Source: an uncultured Methanosarcinales archaeon (GTDB taxonomy: Archaea; Nanobdellota; Nanobdellia; Woesearchaeales; JACJVV01). Taken from it: a stretch of DNA of 64,000 bases. A program made the position numbers and the translations under genes. Position 1 is the first letter of the stretch, and every line of letters starts with the position of its first letter. The stretch is from positions 75,025 through 139,024 of the forward strand of contig CAZOOV010000005.1 in NCBI GenBank assembly GCA_964581515.1, read 5' to 3'. Below the pieces are notes generated by a model that did no database searches, was not told where the DNA came from, and saw only the letters and a program-made list of their open reading frames with translations. Positions 1-9,654 of the stretch are shown piece by piece.

Positions 1-319
1 GATGTGCATCAAATATAATCAACATAAATTCAGATGTGTTCTTTGAAAATCCCTTTACTGCTGGATATGTTATTGAATGATCACCACCTAAAAGAATTGC
101 ATTTTTTTTGATTTTTGATATTGCATCTTGAATGTTATCATGGCTTTGCCCAATATTTTTCTCATCTACTTCTATTTGTTCTATTATGAATTTTGGTTCG
201 ATACCTTCTTCATTTGAGAATTTATCTTTTAGCCTTTCGAGGATCTTATCTGGTGCCATATTAGATCCATCACCATGACCTAAGCCTCCACCGCTGAAAG
301 GTATTTTTATCAGTTTCAT
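1..319 (-). CDS. agmatinase/arginase-family ureohydrolase (partial; N-terminal part, gene continues beyond window start)
   Basis: Absent from ORF track because truncated. Hand translation of minus strand from ATG at 319-317 gives MKLIKIPFSGGGLGHGDGSNMAPDKILERLKDKFSNEEGIEPKFIIEQIEVDEKNIGQSHDNIQDAISKIKKNAILLGGDHSITYPAVKG...LIIFDAH. GGDHS and FDAH are the metal-binding motifs of the agmatinase/arginase fold. Start codon overlaps the stop of the upstream HAD gene (ATGA overlap). Confidence 0.6.
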   Translation of the reverse strand, partial: MKLIKIPFSGGGLGHGDGSNMAPDKILERLKDKFSNEEGIEPKFIIEQIEVDEKNIGQSHDNIQDAISKIKKNAILLGGDHSITYPAVKGFSKNTSEFMLIIFDAH

Positions 320-975
320 TTTAAGAACCCTATTATTTTATCTGTATCATCAAAGTTAGCTATTAAATAATCAGGATCATGGCTCTTTAACACATCCAAG
401 TTTTCTTCACCGCACCCTACAGCAAGACACTTACAATCATTATCTTTAGCACATTTTATGTCTAACACTGTATCTCCAATAATATAAATTTCATCAGGAG
501 TAGATTTGAATTTTGTTTTAAATTCTGCAATTGCAATAGGGACCAGATCTGATCTATTTAGAGACATATCCCCATAAGAACCTATCTCTATATAATTCCA
601 AATTCCTGCAGCGGATAATTTTGCCTTGGCTTTGCCTTTTAGGTTGCCAGTCAATACACCTATAATAACATCTTTTTGTTTAAGTGCTTCAAGGAGTTTA
701 ATAATTCCTGGCATTACTTTTAATTTCTTATTTGTTAATTGCTCTGAAACTACAGTTTCAATACTTTCAAATATTTTTAAGAAATTGTTATCTTGCTTAG
801 GATCAATCCCATTTAATCTGCACATTTCATAAACTATCCTCTTATCAGTCTTGCCCTTCATATCAGATCTTTTTAGAGACTTAACACCACAACATCTTCT
901 AAATGATTCATCCCAATATTTTACCTGTCCAATAGGAATCAAGGTGCCGTCGATGTCAAATAAGATTAATTTCAT
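316..975 (-). CDS. HAD-superfamily hydrolase
   Basis: N-terminal motif I LILFDIDGTL (DxDGT), later GDTVLDIKCAKDND motif-IV-like; 219 aa. Confidence 0.65.
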   Translation of the reverse strand: MKLILFDIDGTLIPIGQVKYWDESFRRCCGVKSLKRSDMKGKTDKRIVYEMCRLNGIDPKQDNNFLKIFESIETVVSEQLTNKKLKVMPGIIKLLEALKQKDVIIGVLTGNLKGKAKAKLSAAGIWNYIEIGSYGDMSLNRSDLVPIAIAEFKTKFKSTPDEIYIIGDTVLDIKCAKDNDCKCLAVGCGEENLDVLKSHDPDYLIANFDDTDKIIGFLK

Positions 976-996
976 TTTGTCGTTACCTTCATATTT

Positions 997-2058
997 TTAT
1001 TCAATTATTTCCGTCTCAAGCTTTACCAAATCACAAAAATCACATGCAAAATTATATGCGCCAGCATTAAGGAAAGTTATCCTATCACCTATCTTAGGAT
1101 TTTCTAAATATATCCTATATCTGAATATATCCATTGAACATGGAGTGCATCCTTTAATAATGTAAGGCTTTATCTTATTCTGGTCTGTTATATTCTCTTT
1201 TTTTAATTCTCCTTCAACCAAAAGCCTTGTCGGCACAGTGAATGCATCAGTATCGCCATGATAGACGGAAGCATTGACAATTATATTATTCTCATACATA
1301 GTCTGTATGTAAGTGACTAACTTTACAGCCGGAGCGCAAATAAATCTGCCTGGTTCTATAATAAGCTTGATTGATTTTTCATTAAGCCATATTTTAAGTT
1401 CTTTTATCTTCTTATAGATTGATTTGAAGGCGTCAGTGTTTGTATTTGCATATTCACAAGGAAATCCTCCACCAATATCCATAAAACCAATAATTCGTAA
1501 TGTTTCTTCATCAAACATATTGCCTATTTCATATATGAGATTCCATTCTGCTATATTCTGCGTCTTCCTGAAGAAATGAATTCCTAACGAATTAATACAG
1601 GGATGATCTTTGAGCTCTTTAATTCGTCTGTTAACGATATCACAAGACATGCCAAATACAAAATAACGCTCAGTCTTAAGAGTATTCTCCTTTAGTTTAG
1701 TCCGAAGAAAAAGGTCAATCGTTTTACTCTCATGGTTTTTCAAATAAGCTAACAATGAATCAAGATCAGACTCATTATCAACTATGAACCTAGTTATGCC
1801 TAGAGAAAGAAGCTCTTGAATTCCTTCAATATCCCAGCCCTGGGCTAAAAATAAAACTTTGGCCTTATCTTTTACCCTTTTCAGTCCTTCTTTAGTATGT
1901 ACCAGAAACTCTGAATCAGTATTCTCTTCTAGGACTGAAGTAACTTCTGGATTAGTCTTTGAACTATAGAAAACAAAATCTACCATCTCTTTCAATATAG
2001 TATATTGTTCAATCACTTTATTTTTTGAAAGTACAAATTTTGGTTTATGCTTTTGCAT
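997..2058 (-). CDS. PLP-dependent decarboxylase of the Orn/DAP/Arg decarboxylase (fold type III) family; context suggests arginine decarboxylase or carboxy(nor)spermidine decarboxylase
   Basis: 353 aa. EPGRFICAPA motif and HGDTDAF region typical of the ODC/DapDC/CANSDC family. Sits in an operon with deoxyhypusine synthase and agmatinase. Confidence 0.65.
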   Translation of the reverse strand: MQKHKPKFVLSKNKVIEQYTILKEMVDFVFYSSKTNPEVTSVLEENTDSEFLVHTKEGLKRVKDKAKVLFLAQGWDIEGIQELLSLGITRFIVDNESDLDSLLAYLKNHESKTIDLFLRTKLKENTLKTERYFVFGMSCDIVNRRIKELKDHPCINSLGIHFFRKTQNIAEWNLIYEIGNMFDEETLRIIGFMDIGGGFPCEYANTNTDAFKSIYKKIKELKIWLNEKSIKLIIEPGRFICAPAVKLVTYIQTMYENNIIVNASVYHGDTDAFTVPTRLLVEGELKKENITDQNKIKPYIIKGCTPCSMDIFRYRIYLENPKIGDRITFLNAGAYNFACDFCDLVKLETEIIE

Positions 2059-3064
2059 TTTTTTTCATCTCATTTGTGATTTTATTATCTGATTTAGATC
2101 CCTTAGTTTGTTTTTTTGGTTTTAGGAGATTTTCTTCCTCAAGAGATTCTAGTGCACCAATCATAGCTAATGGAAATGTAATCGTAACATCACCAATAAC
2201 AGTCGCTATATCACTCTCTTCTTTAACTTTACCCCATGATTTTGCTTCTTGAGTTGTTGCTCCTGACATGCTTCCTGAGGTTTTTTGAGCAGTTGTCATA
2301 TAGACTGCGTAATTAGCTCCTCCATTCAGAAGTGTTGAAAGGATTGCATGATGTTTTGAAATGCTGCCACCAAGTGCAATGACTCCTTTTTTCTCGTCAT
2401 AACTTGTTGAGAATAATATATTACCAAAATCTTTGACAACATCAACTATGAAATCATCATGTTTCTGCTGAAATAAATATAAATGAAAACCAAAAGCACC
2501 ATCAGTTATCGCAGGACAGAATATAGGAATATCATTTTTTGCTGCCTGGTAAAGAATAGATGAAGAATCATCTAACATGAGTCCTATTTCTTTTAACATA
2601 TCTGAAACTGCCCATCTCTTTTGTTTTTTGTAAAGCTTATCAAGAATTTCAAGCATCATATCTTCAAAATGCATATAGCTCTCATTATTAACAAAGATAT
2701 TGCCAATCCTGTTTATGCCTTTCTCATGAAGTTCTACATCGTCTGAATCAAATTTACCTACTTTGAATTTCTCGCCTGTTGCTTTCATAATATCTTCTTC
2801 TATCCCACCAACTGTAGTCACTATAACATCTGCCATCTTTAAGTTGATTATCTGAGCAAAAAATCCCCTTAATCCAGAAGTAACCATATTTGAAGTAAAT
2901 GTAAGGAAAATCTTTGCACTATCTTTTTTCATCTTAACAAATACTTGAGAAGCTTTCTTCAGCTCTATACTTTGATAGCCAAGTGTCTGATATGAATCTA
3001 GAAGATCCTTGACCAACATGCCTTTTTTCCATTTAAAATCATTGATATATTCCATTATTATCAC
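2045..3064 (-). CDS. dys: deoxyhypusine synthase
   Basis: 339 aa. Spermidine/NAD-binding deoxyhypusine synthase motifs (GGSISKHHA..., FTSNMVTSGLR, VYMTTAQKTSGSMSGATTQEAKSWGK). Overlaps the downstream decarboxylase by 14 nt. Confidence 0.8.
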   Translation of the reverse strand: MIIMEYINDFKWKKGMLVKDLLDSYQTLGYQSIELKKASQVFVKMKKDSAKIFLTFTSNMVTSGLRGFFAQIINLKMADVIVTTVGGIEEDIMKATGEKFKVGKFDSDDVELHEKGINRIGNIFVNNESYMHFEDMMLEILDKLYKKQKRWAVSDMLKEIGLMLDDSSSILYQAAKNDIPIFCPAITDGAFGFHLYLFQQKHDDFIVDVVKDFGNILFSTSYDEKKGVIALGGSISKHHAILSTLLNGGANYAVYMTTAQKTSGSMSGATTQEAKSWGKVKEESDIATVIGDVTITFPLAMIGALESLEEENLLKPKKQTKGSKSDNKITNEMKKNAKA

Positions 3065-3388
3065 CTGATGAATTGATTTTGAGTTTATTTTAAGTTAATT
3101 TGAGTTAAATTTATTGGGTTTGTGTTGAATTTGAATTAAAATGCCCTTATCTTGAATAAATCTTAAATTAAAGATATAAAAGCTAATATAACTAAAACAA
3201 TGAGAAATCTAAATAAAATTATCGACCTGCACGGCTTACTGTATCAAATAAAGCATTCTTAAATTGCATAGTGCTGAAAAGCCTTGTTGGTTTATAAAGG
3301 TTACCTTCTGATGGGGCTTACTTATTTCGTTCTATATTAGAGAGGGATGCATAATGTTTTTAAATAAAATAGAGTTTTTCCTGATATC

Positions 3389-5167
3389 ATGAAGACAAGC
3401 CTAAGATCACATACATGCGGAGAATTAACTACAAAAGAAATTGATAAAGAGATTTCTCTTTGTGGATGGGTTAGTACTAGAAGAGATCACGGTGGAGTTA
3501 TATTTATAGATCTTAGAGACAGATATGGATTAACACAGATTGTATTCAATCCTGAATTCAATAAAGATGTCCATAAGGATGCTGATAGTTTAAGAAGAGA
3601 AGATACTATTAGAGTTAAAGGTATTGTAAAGAAAAGAGCACAAGGTATGGAAAATCCAAGATTAAAGACAGGAGAAATTGAAGTATTTATTTCAGAACTT
3701 GAAATCCTGAATAAGAGTGAAACTCCCCCTATTGAAATTGATGATAAAAAACTTGCTAGTGAAGATTTAAGATTAAAATATAGATATCTAGATTTAAGAA
3801 GACCACAAATGCAAGAGCATATGTTAATAAGACATAAAGCTGCAATGGCAGGACGTGAAGCACTTACAAAACAAGGTTTCTTAGAAATTGAGACACCATT
3901 GCTTGTAAAAGCTACTCCTGAAGGTGCAAGAGATTATGTTGTTCCAAGCAGAGTAAATCCTGGACATTTCTATGCATTGCCTCAATCTCCTCAATTATAC
4001 AAACAGCTTCTTATGGTAGGAGGGTGTGATAGATATTTCCAAGTTGCAAGATGTCTGCGTGATGAGGATTTAAGGCAAGATAGACAACCTGAATTTACAC
4101 AAATAGATGCAGAAATGAGTTTTGTTGAACAGGACGATGTATTCACAGCATGTGAGGCTATGATTGCAAATATTATGGAAAAAACATTAGGATTAAATGT
4201 AAAAACTCCTTTTCCAAGATTTTCCTATAAAGATGTCATGGATAAATATGGAATCGATAAACCAGATTTAAGATTTGGACTAGAACTTTCTGAAGTTACA
4301 GAGATAGTCGTTAAATCAGACTTTGGAGTATTCAAAGATGTTGCAGACAATGGCGGAATTGTCAAATGCATCAATCCTGAAAAGGAACTAGGAAGAAAGG
4401 ATATTGATGGTTATATTAAATTTGTACAAGAGAATGGCGCTAAAGGAATGGCGTGGATGAGAGTCACAGAAAATGGACTCGAAAGTAATATTGCTAAATA
4501 TTTCCCTGAAGATGTACAAAAAGAACTTATTGAGAAAGTAGGTGCAAAACCAGGAAGCATACTTATGTTCATAGCTGATAAAGAAGATATGTGCAATGAA
4601 ATAATATCAAAACTAAGAAATAAACTTGGTGAAGATTTAGAACTTTATGATAAAAAAGAATTCAATTTCCTATGGGTAGTTGATTTCCCGCTTTTTGAAA
4701 AAGATGAAGAAACTGGAGATTATAAACCTGCACATCACATGTTTACAATGCCAAAGAAAGACTGTATAGAATTCTTGGATAGTGATCCTGGAAAAGTTTT
4801 TGCTACATGCTATGATTTAGTACTTAATGGCGTTGAACTAGCTTCTGGAAGCATAAGAGTACATAGGCCAGACATTCAACAGAAAATAATGGATATAGTA
4901 GGATTTCCTAAAGAGAAAGCAAGAGAAAGATTTGGTTTCTTACTTGATAGCTTCAATTACGGAGCGCCTCCGCATGGTGGATTTGGACTTGGTTTTGACA
5001 GGCTTGTTGCAATGATATGTGGATTTAGCGATATAAGAGAAGTTATGGCTTTTCCAAAGAACAAGAATGCACAGTGCCCAATGGATGGCAGTCCTGGTGT
5101 AATTGAAGATAAGACATTAAAAGAACTGCATATCAAAAGCGATGTTGTCAAGAAAGACAATAAATAA
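3389..5167 (+). CDS. aspS: aspartyl-tRNA synthetase, bacterial type (with GAD insertion domain)
   Basis: 592 aa. Collinear similarity to E. coli AspRS across the anticodon-binding OB domain, class II motifs (FRDEDLRADRQPEFTQID; GGGSIR; GLDR) and a GAD-like insert. Archaeal-type AspRS is ~430 aa. Confidence 0.9.
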   Translation: MKTSLRSHTCGELTTKEIDKEISLCGWVSTRRDHGGVIFIDLRDRYGLTQIVFNPEFNKDVHKDADSLRREDTIRVKGIVKKRAQGMENPRLKTGEIEVFISELEILNKSETPPIEIDDKKLASEDLRLKYRYLDLRRPQMQEHMLIRHKAAMAGREALTKQGFLEIETPLLVKATPEGARDYVVPSRVNPGHFYALPQSPQLYKQLLMVGGCDRYFQVARCLRDEDLRQDRQPEFTQIDAEMSFVEQDDVFTACEAMIANIMEKTLGLNVKTPFPRFSYKDVMDKYGIDKPDLRFGLELSEVTEIVVKSDFGVFKDVADNGGIVKCINPEKELGRKDIDGYIKFVQENGAKGMAWMRVTENGLESNIAKYFPEDVQKELIEKVGAKPGSILMFIADKEDMCNEIISKLRNKLGEDLELYDKKEFNFLWVVDFPLFEKDEETGDYKPAHHMFTMPKKDCIEFLDSDPGKVFATCYDLVLNGVELASGSIRVHRPDIQQKIMDIVGFPKEKARERFGFLLDSFNYGAPPHGGFGLGFDRLVAMICGFSDIREVMAFPKNKNAQCPMDGSPGVIEDKTLKELHIKSDVVKKDNK

Positions 5168-5198
5168 ATACTTGTCCTGATTTTATTCTTATTAAAAT

Positions 5199-7283
5199 AT
5201 GAAAATACTAGAATTAGCTAAAAAAAACATATATTCTGCCTATAAGCACAACCAGATAATAATCAGTTCATTTGAAGTTGGCATTAAACCCACAAGTAAG
5301 AAATGTTTTAGGGATGGTACTAAAATAACTTCATCTTTAGAAAAAAAAGGTAAAAATATCTTTCTTAAGAATCAAAGTAATATGATACCTGTATGTAAAG
5401 GTGCACTTTTAAGGCTAAAACCAAATAAGACAGTAAAATATAGTAAAAATAAATTTACTGCAGAAACTAAACTTCAAAGGATTGCTTTTTATATTAATAA
5501 TTATGGTGCTTTTAATGGTCTTTTTAGAGTCGGTAATATATTCTTACATGACATTAAGAATAGAATCAGGTATAAAATTAAAGATGATACTAAAAAGTCA
5601 AGAGTTGACCTTAAATTTAAAGAAGGAATTACATTCAGAGTGATAGGAATTTCTAAAGATAAAATAAAACTAGAATGTTATGATTACGGGGGCATATATG
5701 ATTATTTCATTAATACAGAAATTAATAGATATCCTCCACAAGTACCTGAGAACTATTATGCAACTGCATACTTCGCATATAATAGTGTAAAACTAGGGAA
5801 AATTGAGAATAATAATGGTCTTGTAAATGCAGGAAAAATGGCACTGGAATTTGCTACAAAGAATTATAGTTATTATGAGCCTGCAGGGATTGCTTTCAAA
5901 CATACTGATTTCAAATATTCTCCACTCATTGAAGCAGCTAGATTATTAAAAATCAAAGAAAGTGTGAAATATACTGAATCTAACTATAATCCTGTTAATG
6001 TATACGCCCTGAGAATACATAATCTAGTACTTAATGAAGATTTAGAGGAGGATTTAGCTGGAGATTTAGCTGGAGTGAGAAGATGTCTTAAAGTCATAAG
6101 AAAGAATCAGGCTAAAGACGGACTAATAATGGATAATTATGTTCCCAATTATACTAAATCAAAAGATATTACATACCATCAGTTTGCAGCTGCATGTCTT
6201 GCTAGGGCATATTCTATAAAACCACTAAAAGAAGTTAAGCTAATACTTGATAAAGCAGTTAATTTCTCACATAACATCCTATTTGAGAATGGCGAAGTAT
6301 CATATTATGGGCGGGGAAACAATAATATTTACCATATAGCAAGTGCAATATATTTATTTGCATGTTATTATAAAATATCAAAAGATAAAAAATATATTTC
6401 TGCAGTACAAAAATTATATGGATATTTATCTAACAATCACCTAACTAAAATGTATAAAGATTGGTTACCTACCTGCCTTAATGAATACTCTGAAAAAATG
6501 ATGGGATGGAACCATTGTGAGATGCCCTATAATATGCAGACAAGTTATTTTTTGTTATATGCTTATGAAATTCTTAAAGATAAAAAGCCAAATAAGGGGA
6601 TGGTTGATATAGATAAGAGTGTAAATAAAGAGATATTTATGGAATCTGGATTTTATCATTATAAGAATAAAAAATATGAAATTTGCATCATAAATGGAGG
6701 AGAGCAATTAACATGGGCAAATGGAAGGCACGCTACAGGTATTGGTGGAATTGCTAATCTAACTGTGAATAATGAACAAAAGTCAATGAGTTTAGATTTT
6801 TATAATAATAAAGTTCCAATTACAGATCTACCTAGAATTAAAGTTAATGGGAAGTTTTTACATCCAAAAGAATACAAAATAAGTAGATTAAGTAAATTAA
6901 ATAATCAAGAAGATAGCTTAGATAAGAGTAAGGATGTAAAAGGATGCACACTAGAAGTAAGATATAAAAGAATTAGAATAAGAAAAGAATACAGCTTCAT
7001 GAAGGAGAAGATAAGATGTAATGTAAACTGCATTCTTGCAAAAGGGCTTAAGAATGTTGAAATTGATGGTATGTTGAATATACATCTTATACATCTAAAA
7101 AAAGAGGAGAATATCTCTTTTAATATTACTGAAAATTCTAAAGAAATAGATATGCGACAAGAGAAAGAGAAGATAGAATCAAATACAAAAGGAAAAGGAC
7201 ATATACAGAAAATTGGTTTTTTCAAATCAAGAAAAGTTAAAAAGAAAATTAAATTAAATGTAGTCGGGGATTATATTTTCTAA
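5199..7283 (+). CDS. large hypothetical protein (694 aa); weak resemblance to heparinase II/III-like / alginate-lyase-like toroid proteins
   Basis: Long ORF with good coding periodicity and no clear signal peptide. Aromatic-rich internal repeats (YYGRGNNNIYHIASAIYLF, GWNHCEMPYNMQTSYFLLY) recall (alpha/alpha) toroid polysaccharide lyases. This is motif-level only. Confidence 0.4.
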   Translation: MKILELAKKNIYSAYKHNQIIISSFEVGIKPTSKKCFRDGTKITSSLEKKGKNIFLKNQSNMIPVCKGALLRLKPNKTVKYSKNKFTAETKLQRIAFYINNYGAFNGLFRVGNIFLHDIKNRIRYKIKDDTKKSRVDLKFKEGITFRVIGISKDKIKLECYDYGGIYDYFINTEINRYPPQVPENYYATAYFAYNSVKLGKIENNNGLVNAGKMALEFATKNYSYYEPAGIAFKHTDFKYSPLIEAARLLKIKESVKYTESNYNPVNVYALRIHNLVLNEDLEEDLAGDLAGVRRCLKVIRKNQAKDGLIMDNYVPNYTKSKDITYHQFAAACLARAYSIKPLKEVKLILDKAVNFSHNILFENGEVSYYGRGNNNIYHIASAIYLFACYYKISKDKKYISAVQKLYGYLSNNHLTKMYKDWLPTCLNEYSEKMMGWNHCEMPYNMQTSYFLLYAYEILKDKKPNKGMVDIDKSVNKEIFMESGFYHYKNKKYEICIINGGEQLTWANGRHATGIGGIANLTVNNEQKSMSLDFYNNKVPITDLPRIKVNGKFLHPKEYKISRLSKLNNQEDSLDKSKDVKGCTLEVRYKRIRIRKEYSFMKEKIRCNVNCILAKGLKNVEIDGMLNIHLIHLKKEENISFNITENSKEIDMRQEKEKIESNTKGKGHIQKIGFFKSRKVKKKIKLNVVGDYIF

Positions 7284-7328
7284 ATATTATTCTTTAAATA
7301 TAAATATTAAATGAGGTTTAGATAGTAA

Positions 7329-8675
7329 TTAAGATTTATTAAGAAACTCATCAATTGCTTTTGCTGCTTGCTTGCCATCTCCCATCGCTTTGATAACAGT
7401 TGTTTCACCTTCAATTATATCTCCTCCAGCAAAGATCATAGGATCTGATGTCTGCAAGCTTTCGTTTATAGTAAGTTTTCCTTTTTTTGTTATATCTAAA
7501 GCTCCATCTTTTGTAAGCAGAGGATTTGGACCCTGACCAATTGCAATTATTACTTGATCACAATCAATTGTGAATTCACTTTCTTTTATTGGAACTGGTC
7601 TTCTTCTTCCACTTTCGTCCGGCTCACCTAGCTCCATCTTTATCACTTCAATACCTGCTACTTCTTTTTCTCCAATAATCTTGAGTGGATTAGTAAGCCA
7701 CATGAATTCAATACCTTCTTCTTGTGCATGATGAACTTCTTCTACTCTTGCAGGAGACTCCTTAATTGTTCTTCTATATACTAAAACAACATCTGCTCCT
7801 AAACGTTTTGCTGTTCTTGCTGCGTCCATAGCAACATTACCTGCACCTACAACAACAACTTTCTTACCTTTTCTTATAGGTGTATCATTATTAGGGAAAT
7901 CATATGCTTTCATCAAATTAATCCTTGTTAAAAATTCATTTGCAGAATAAACTCCTACAAGATCCTCGCCTGGAAGATCTAAAAAATAAGGTAAACCTGC
8001 ACCATTACCAATGAATATAGCATCAAAATCTTGTTTTAGGTCATTTAAAGTAAGTGTTTTTCCGATTACATAATTTGTCTTTATCTTTACTCCTTCAGAT
8101 TCAATTGCTTTTATCTCTTCATCAACTATTCTTTTAGGAAGCCTAAACTCAGGAATACCATATCTCATAACTCCTCCCGTCAAATGAAGTGCCTCAAATA
8201 TCGTAACATCATAACCTTGTCTTGAAAGATCAGTTGCACAGGAAAGTCCTGCAGGACCTGATCCAATAACTGCTATTTTCTTATTTTTATCTGGAAGCTT
8301 AGTTGGATTTGTTGATTTTCCATTATCTGCTGCAAAACGTTCCAGTTTTCCGATTGCTACTGGATCATTCTTTGCTTTTAAAATACAACCAGATTCACAT
8401 TGTTTTTCTTGAGGACAGACTCTCCCACATACTCCAGGGAGATTATTTGTAAGTTTAATTATGTTTAAAGCTGAATCAAAATCTTTTTCTTTTATTTTCT
8501 CTATAAAATTAGGTATATCAACACCGACAGGACATTTTGGAACGCATTGAGGGTTTTTACATTGAAGACAACGTGTACCTTCCTCTATTGCCTGGTCTTC
8601 ATTGTAACCTAAACAAACCTCTTTGAAATTATTCTTCCTTTCTTCAGGATCTTGTTCTGATATTTTTACTGGCAT
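7329..8675 (-). CDS. NfnB/SudA-like NADPH-dependent oxidoreductase (glutamate synthase small-subunit family)
   Basis: 448 aa. N-terminal Cys clusters (CLQCKNPQCVPKCP..., CGRVCPQEKQCESGC) followed by two Rossmann dinucleotide sites (VIGSGPAGLSCA; VVVGAGNVAMD). Confidence 0.8.
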   Translation of the reverse strand: MPVKISEQDPEERKNNFKEVCLGYNEDQAIEEGTRCLQCKNPQCVPKCPVGVDIPNFIEKIKEKDFDSALNIIKLTNNLPGVCGRVCPQEKQCESGCILKAKNDPVAIGKLERFAADNGKSTNPTKLPDKNKKIAVIGSGPAGLSCATDLSRQGYDVTIFEALHLTGGVMRYGIPEFRLPKRIVDEEIKAIESEGVKIKTNYVIGKTLTLNDLKQDFDAIFIGNGAGLPYFLDLPGEDLVGVYSANEFLTRINLMKAYDFPNNDTPIRKGKKVVVVGAGNVAMDAARTAKRLGADVVLVYRRTIKESPARVEEVHHAQEEGIEFMWLTNPLKIIGEKEVAGIEVIKMELGEPDESGRRRPVPIKESEFTIDCDQVIIAIGQGPNPLLTKDGALDITKKGKLTINESLQTSDPMIFAGGDIIEGETTVIKAMGDGKQAAKAIDEFLNKS

Positions 8676-8684
8676 CTTATTTAT

Positions 8685-9509
8685 TCATCTCTTAAGAATT
8701 ATATTATTCATCTTACAAACATGATTCTCTTCTTTTTTATAGCTTGCATTCCTATTGAGTATCTCATCAAAATCTACTTTACTAGCATCAAATTCAGGAC
8801 CATCTACACATACAAATTTAATCTTTTCACCATAATTAATTCTACAGCCACCACACATACCGATGCCATCTACCATCAATGTGTTTAAACTGACTATTGT
8901 TTTGATATTATTTTCTTTAGTATATTTTGCAACAAACTTCATCATTATTGTAGGGCCAATTGCAATAACAAGCTTATAATCATTCTCTTTCAATTCATTC
9001 TCTAAAGCCTGAACAACATTGCCTTTAAATCCTATACTGCCATCATCACTGCTGGTGATAACCTTATCACAGAATTCTTCAAATTTATCTTTCCAAAAAA
9101 GAAATTGTTTACTTCTTACACCAAGTATGCAATGAACTTTCTTGCCTTGCGCAGCATATTCTTTTGCTATAGGATAAATTGCAGCAATACCTACGCCTCC
9201 TCCTATAAGGCAGATAAAATCTTCGGATTGGATCTCACTAGCATTACCAAGAGGACCAACAACATCCTTAATTCCATCACCTTCATTAAGGCTTACAATT
9301 TCTGCTGTTGATTTTCCTGCAACAATGAGGATAATAGTAATACGATCATCATTAATATCTGCAATTGTTAGTGGTATTCTTTCACCAGTATTATTAGGAA
9401 TTATAATTAAAAATTGACCAGGTTTTGCGTGTCTAGCTATATCTGGTGCAAAAATATCCAAAAGATATGTATTTTGCGCTATTTCCTCTTTCTTTAATAT
9501 TTTAAACAT
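8685..9509 (-). CDS. NfnA/SudB/PyrK-like FAD/NAD-binding electron-transfer subunit with 2Fe-2S site
   Basis: 274 aa. Ferredoxin-reductase fold motifs (RIPLTIA; GGGVGIAAIYP) and C-terminal CGGCRINYG...FVCVDGPEF cysteine cluster. Directly upstream of its partner on the same strand. Confidence 0.75.
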   Translation of the reverse strand: MFKILKKEEIAQNTYLLDIFAPDIARHAKPGQFLIIIPNNTGERIPLTIADINDDRITIILIVAGKSTAEIVSLNEGDGIKDVVGPLGNASEIQSEDFICLIGGGVGIAAIYPIAKEYAAQGKKVHCILGVRSKQFLFWKDKFEEFCDKVITSSDDGSIGFKGNVVQALENELKENDYKLVIAIGPTIMMKFVAKYTKENNIKTIVSLNTLMVDGIGMCGGCRINYGEKIKFVCVDGPEFDASKVDFDEILNRNASYKKEENHVCKMNNIILKR

Positions 9510-9654
9510 GAAATAGAGCTACCTTTGTTTGTTATATAAAGATTGTTGTTTATTATTGTCCTAAATTCGAATTACTATAATACCATAAATAACTATGAAT
9601 AAAAAACCCAAGTTAGAATAATTGATTTATTATCATTGTTATAATGTGAAAAGA

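Noticed and set aside
626-1165. Plus-strand ORFs 626-832 and 851-1165
   Set aside because: Antisense to the well-supported HAD hydrolase and decarboxylase genes; Ser/Leu/Phe-rich translations typical of shadow ORFs in AT-rich DNA.
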